Positions 58,752 through 64,000 of a stretch of 64,000 bases of DNA are shown one piece after another; positions within the stretch are counted from its first letter, which is position 1; every line of letters starts with the position of its first letter. A model generated the notes under the pieces. It made no database searches, was not told where the DNA came from, and was given only the letters and a program-made list of their open reading frames with translations. The translations under genes and the position numbers were made by a program. The DNA comes from Somniosus microcephalus (taxonomy: Eukaryota): positions 240,622,001 through 240,686,000 of the forward strand of contig CM126205.1 in assembly GCA_052327205.1 (NCBI GenBank), written 5' to 3'.

Positions 58752-59606
58752 GTAAGTTACTGAAAAACGATTCACAATTTAAGCCAGACAGCTGAACCAC
58801 TTTGGGGTTGTCTCGGCCACATTTCTTTCGGTGCACAGATTTGCGTTTGACATATTGTCTGGAAAAGCAAAGCAAAGGCATTGTGCCTGTACTCATCAGA
58901 CCAATTTCTCAAAGGTACCATTTTATTTAATTGAAATTATAAAACAAACAAACCTGTAAAGTTGATTACTTAGTAAATATAAAAAACAATCTCAGAAACG
59001 GAAATGAATATGGTAAATATATCCTATTTATCCGAAGGCTGCAAAATTTTGTAGCATGCAGAATAATGGCTATCTGGTAGAAATTGAATGGTCATATTGA
59101 ATTGAAATGTTCAAAAAGTATCATAAACAGTGAGACTAGTATGGTTTCCACCCATGATTTGAACCCTGAGTTAAAATTACATTTTGAAAATCATTCTCTG
59201 ATAACAATTCATTTTGGGATTGTCTTGGCCACATTTCTTTCGGTGTACAGATTTGCATTTGACATACATAAACTATACCAGTTTACATGGTGGAAAGGGC
59301 AGAAGCTGATTTTGTAGTTTTTGTACCAGTAGAGGCCATCATTGTTTGCCTTTATGCAAGATAATATACTGTTAAGTATGTCAATAATTGGTGATGTCAT
59401 TACTCCTGGTTTATCAAGAAATAATCTGTCGATTACTGAAAATTTTGTGCTCATTGTCTATAATGATATTTCAGTTCCTAGTTTAGTCATTATGAGCTTT
59501 TAATGTCACGTGATATCTTCATCTGTTGTGAAGCAAATTCATCCTTCACCTTGATGCTTTTATGGCCTTACTTTCATTCAGTAGACCTTTGCCTGCCCTG
59601 TAAGAT

Positions 59607-61854
59607 CATAGCTGCCAGACTGGGGTTGAGACAGGCGATGAAAGAACCAACACAAGGGAAAGACATACTTGACCTCGTCCTCACCAATCTACCTGTCACA
59701 GATGCATCTGTCCATGATAGTATTGGTAGCTGTGACCACCGTACAGTCCTTGTGGAGACAAGGTCCCATCTTCACACTGAGGATACCCTCCATTGTGTTG
59801 TGTGACACTACCACCGTGCTAAATGGGATAGATTCAGAACAGATCTAGCAGCTCAAAGCTGGGCATCAATGAGGTGCTGTGCGCCATCAGCAGCAGCAGA
59901 ATTGTATTCCACCACAAACTGTAACCTCATAGCCAGGCATTTCCCTCACTCTACCATTAACATCAAGCCAGGCAACCAACCCTAGTTCAATGAGGAGCGT
60001 AGAAGAGCATGCCAGGAGCAGCACCAGGCATACCTAAAAATGAGTTGCCAACCTGGAAAAGTTGCAACACAGGACTACATGCAGTAATAAATAGTGGTGG
60101 ACCATTAAATAACTAATGGGAGGAGGAGGCTCCATGAATATCCCCATCCTCATTGATGGAGGACCCCAACACGCAAGTGCAAAAGACAAGGCTGAAGCAT
60201 TTGCAACCATCTTCAGCCAGAAGTACCGACTGGATGATCCATCTCGACCTCCTCCTGAGGTCCCCACCATCACCGAAGTCTGTCTTCAGCCAATTTGATT
60301 AATTCCACGTGATATCAAGAAACAGCTGAGCGCACTGGATACAGCAAAGGCTATGGGGCCCAACAACATCCTGGCTGTCGTGCTGAAGACTTGTGCTCCA
60401 GAACTAGCTGTTCCAGTATAGCTACAACACTGGCATCTACGCGACAATGTGGAAAACTGCCCAGGTATGTCCTATCTGCAAAAAGCAGGACAAATCCAAT
60501 CAGTCTGCTCTCTATCATCTGCAATGTGATGGAAAGTGTTGTTGACAGTGCTATCAAGCGGCACTTACTCACCAATAATCTGCGCACTGATGCTCCGTTT
60601 GGGTTCCGCCAGGACCACTCGGCTCCAGACCTCCATACAGCCTTGGTCCTTACATGGACAAAAGAACTGAATTCCAGAGGTGAGGTGAGAGTGACTGCCC
60701 TTGACATCAATGGAAGCATTTGACCAAGTGTGGCATCTTGTAAAATTGAAGTCAATGGGAATCAGGGAAGAAACTCTCCACTGGCTGGAGTTATACCTAG
60801 CACAAAGGAAGATGGTTGTGGTTGTTGGAGGACAATCATCTCAGCCCCAGGACATCACTGCAGGAGTTCCTCAGGGCAGTGTCCTAGGCCCAGCCATTTT
60901 CAGCTGCTTCATCAATGACCTTCCCTTCATCCTAAGGTCAGAAGTGGGGATGTTCGCTGATGATTGCACAGTGTTTAGTTCCATTCACAGCGCCTCAGAT
61001 AATGAAGCAGTCCATGCCCGCATGCAGCAAGACCTGGACGACATCCAGGCTTGGGCTGATAACTGGCAAGTAACATTTGCACCACTCAAGTGCCAGGCAA
61101 TGACTATCTCCAACAAGATAGCATCTAACCACCGCCCCTTGATATTCAACGGCATTACCATCGCTGAATCCACCAACAACAACATCCTGGGGTCACCATT
61201 GACCAGAAACTTAACTGGACCAGCCACATAAATACTGTGGCTGCAAAAGCACGTCAGAGGCTGGGTATTCTGTGGCGAGTGTCTCACCTCCTGACTCCTC
61301 AAAGCCTTTCCACCATCTACAAGGCACAAGTCAGGAGTGTGATGGAATACTCTCCACTTGCCTGGATGAGTACAGCTCCAACAACACTGAAGAAGGTCGA
61401 CACCATTCCGGACAAAGCAGCCCACTTGATTGGCACCCCATCCACCACCTTAAACATTCACTCCCTCTGCCACCAGCGCACTGTGACTGCAGTGTGTACC
61501 ATCTACAAGATGCACTGCAGCAACTTGCCAAGGCTTCTTCGACAGCACCTCCCAAACCCACGACCTCTGCCACCTAGAAGGACAAGGGCAGCAGGCGCAC
61601 GGGAACACCATCAACTGCAAGTTCCCCTCCAGGTCACACACCATCCTGCCTTGGAAATATATCGCCGTTCCTTCATCATCGCTGGTTCAAAACCCTGGAA
61701 CTCCTTCCCTAACAGCACTGTGGGAGTACCTTCACCACGTGGACTGCAGCGGTTCAGGAAGGCAGCTCACCACCACCTTCTCAGGGGCAATTAGGGATGG
61801 GCAATAAATGCTGGCCTTGCAAGCGACACCCACATCCCAGGAACGAATAAAAAA
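59607..61854 (+). mobile_element. Family B LINE, 5'-truncated
   Basis: ORFs 60701-61231 (PQGSVLGP, FADDCTVF) and 61237-61794. Family 3' end at 61790-61854. Confidence 0.92.
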
Positions 61855-62179
61855 CAAATCTTAAACTCACTGGAATTACAGAAAGCTATAAATGTTGTCA
61901 GGAATTTCATGTTTAACCGCTTTAGTCCCTTTTAGATCATAGGAGCATTTTGGCTGCAACAATAAAGAAGGACAATATTTTTTAAATGTTATCCAGAGAG
62001 CTCTGAAAAATGAAATGCTCTTTGATGCCATATATTCCATGAATATTAGTTCGCAATCGTCAGCGTTCTAAGTTCAAAAATCAGTTTTATAACTCTTTCT
62101 GATAGAAACTTCATATATATCTGAAATGTTGCATGTGGTATTCAACCAGTTCATATGATGAATTGTCCCAACTCCATTC

Positions 62180-62755
62180 TTTAGTTTTAAAACCACAGGT
62201 TAACAAAGCCACAAAAAGTGCAAACAAGGCATTGGGGTTCATTTCTAGAGGAATAGAATTCTAAAGCAGAGAAGTTATGTTAAATTTATATCGAACTTGG
62301 GTAATACCTGAATTGAGAAGGTACAACTATCAGGAAAGACCGAACAGGCTGGGGCTCTTTTTTTTCAAACGGAGAAGACTGAGCGGTGACCTGATGAAGG
62401 TCTTCAAAATTATGAAGGGGTAGGGTAGAAGTGGAGAAGATATTTAAACTTGTGGGGGAGTCCAAAACTTGGGGTCATAAATATAAGGTAGTCACTAATA
62501 AATCCAATAAGGAATTCAGGGGAAACTTCTTTGCTCAGAGAGTGCTGAGAATGTGGAACTCATTACCACATGACGTGATTTAGGTGATTAGCATAGATGC
62601 ATTTAAAGGGAAGCTAGATAACTACATGAGAGAGAAAGGAATAGAAGGATGTGGTAATAGGGTGAAATGAAGTAAAATGGGAGGAGTGTCGTGTGGAGCA
62701 TAAACACTGGCATGTTGGGCCGAATGGCCTGTTCATGTGCTGTAAAATTTTATGT
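62180..62755 (+). mobile_element. Degraded CR1 3' part
   Basis: KANKALGFISRGIE and NRLGLF remnants; GGGCCGAATGGCCTG tail. Confidence 0.8.
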
Positions 62756-62807
62756 CGTTTTCTTACATGTTAATACTAATAACATAGATAATACTGTATT
62801 TTTTCAG

Positions 62808-62924
62808 AGAAATTTTACTTGGCTTTTACTTTAATATTTTCCTTGTGCGCAGCATCAGAGACCACTTCTGTAAGGCAGCTACGTACCCAGTGTACCTTTA
62901 TATGCCCTATATGGGGTAATCAAG
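62808..62924 (+). CDS. Coding exon (117 nt, phase 1-1): KFYLAFTLIFSLCAASETTSVRQLRTQCTFICPIWGNQ, containing the signal-peptide core
   Basis: TACTAAT branch point, TTTTTTCAG acceptor, AAG|GTAAGG donor, open frame and hydrophobic h-region. Confidence 0.7.
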
Positions 62925-63222
62925 GTAAGGGGTTGAACAGAAACCCTTACCACGGTATTTAGCTTACTGTATATGACATGAGTCCTTTCATGATTTCTTA
63001 TGCTTTTTGAAAATGGTACAGTAAAATTCTATCAGGCTGTAGCTTAGACTATAAACAATGAATAGTAGCAAAGACAATATGGCAGTCTGCTCTTTTTTTA
63101 CAGGATTAGTAACACGTGCTCCAAACCCTGGATACAAAATAATTAAAAATGTGACACTTTGTTAACTGATACTTAACCTGGATCTGCGTCTATAACATAA
63201 ATTATACTGGGGTTTTCTTCAG

Positions 63223-63359
63223 ATCCACAAAGTCTCCAGCCCATCTCAAAAGCTTTAGAAAAAATGGTGAATTGGGACCATACTCCGTGCAATATACGGC
63301 TGGTACCCTTTGAAGTTCAACCAGAAACAAAGGAAATTAGAAATATATCCCTCAAGATC
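63223..63359 (+). CDS. Coding exon (137 nt, phase 1-0): DPQSLQPISKALEKMVNWDHTPCNIRLVPFEVQPETKEIRNISLKI
   Basis: TTTTCTTCAG acceptor. The only frame open across the exon is the one set by the previous exon (ORF 63264-63464). Donor ATC|GTAATT is weaker. Confidence 0.65.
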
Positions 63360-64000
63360 GTAATTTGTTTTGCAAACAAAATGTATCTGCATGAGAAGAA
63401 TGTGCTGTATATTGGAATGACTATGAAAGCCATGGATCTTGTCTTCAGCAGCTTGTATATTTGAAGCTGAATAATGACTGTCAGAAACCAAAATTTAAAG
63501 TGACTGCCAGTTTCCTATTTAGAGATACTGAAATATAGAGACATATTCATGATCAGATTTGCGATTGAAACTCCCTAGTTGTCACAGATATTTGTGACAG
63601 AAACCAGAAACTTGATATGTATCTGAAACGTTACATGTGGAACTAAAAAGGGTTAATATGATGAATTGACACAATTCCATTCTTCCAGTCTTGTTCTCGC
63701 ATTTACAGTGGTCATAATGTAAACACTACAATTTTGATGCTTTTGTGTACTGTATGGAAGTTTTTCAATGATTATATGTGGTTTATTTAAGTAATACAGT
63801 AATTGAATAAAAGGATATGATATTGTTGGAATGTATTAATCCTGTATTTTTTTGTATGTTAAACTTTCCTTGCTTAGTTAGAGTAATAATTATTTTTTAT
63901 GAATCAGCTTCATGTTAATCTGTCATTATCCCAATTTAGAATGATAGATAAAGTTATCATCATAACCCGAGTAGTATGTATATATCAAATTATCAGCATA

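Overview
Eukaryotic, repeat-rich vertebrate DNA, almost certainly a shark or other elasmobranch. The evidence is SacSINE1-like DeuSINEs, HE1-like V-SINEs, shark-type CR1 and L2 LINEs, and many PIF/Harbinger remnants. Most of the window is nested transposable elements. These include a structurally complete Mag-clade Gypsy element (28706-33782; 212-bp LTRs with one mismatch; 5-bp TSD) and a related solo LTR. There are two convergent two-gene Harbinger elements (transposase plus Myb/SANT partner) and several Harbinger, Tigger and hAT MITEs. One CR1-group LINE family has a tRNA-derived 5' head, and short retroposed foldback elements carry degenerate minimal hammerhead ribozyme cores. The only host gene I can support is the 5' part of an unidentified spliced + strand gene encoding a signal-peptide protein (coding exons 58718-58751, 62808-62924, 63223-63359; probable 5'UTR exons near 47.6-48.0 kb), which continues beyond the window. 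There is no CRISPR array, rRNA or complete tRNA gene. Family names come from recall of motifs, not from database searches.
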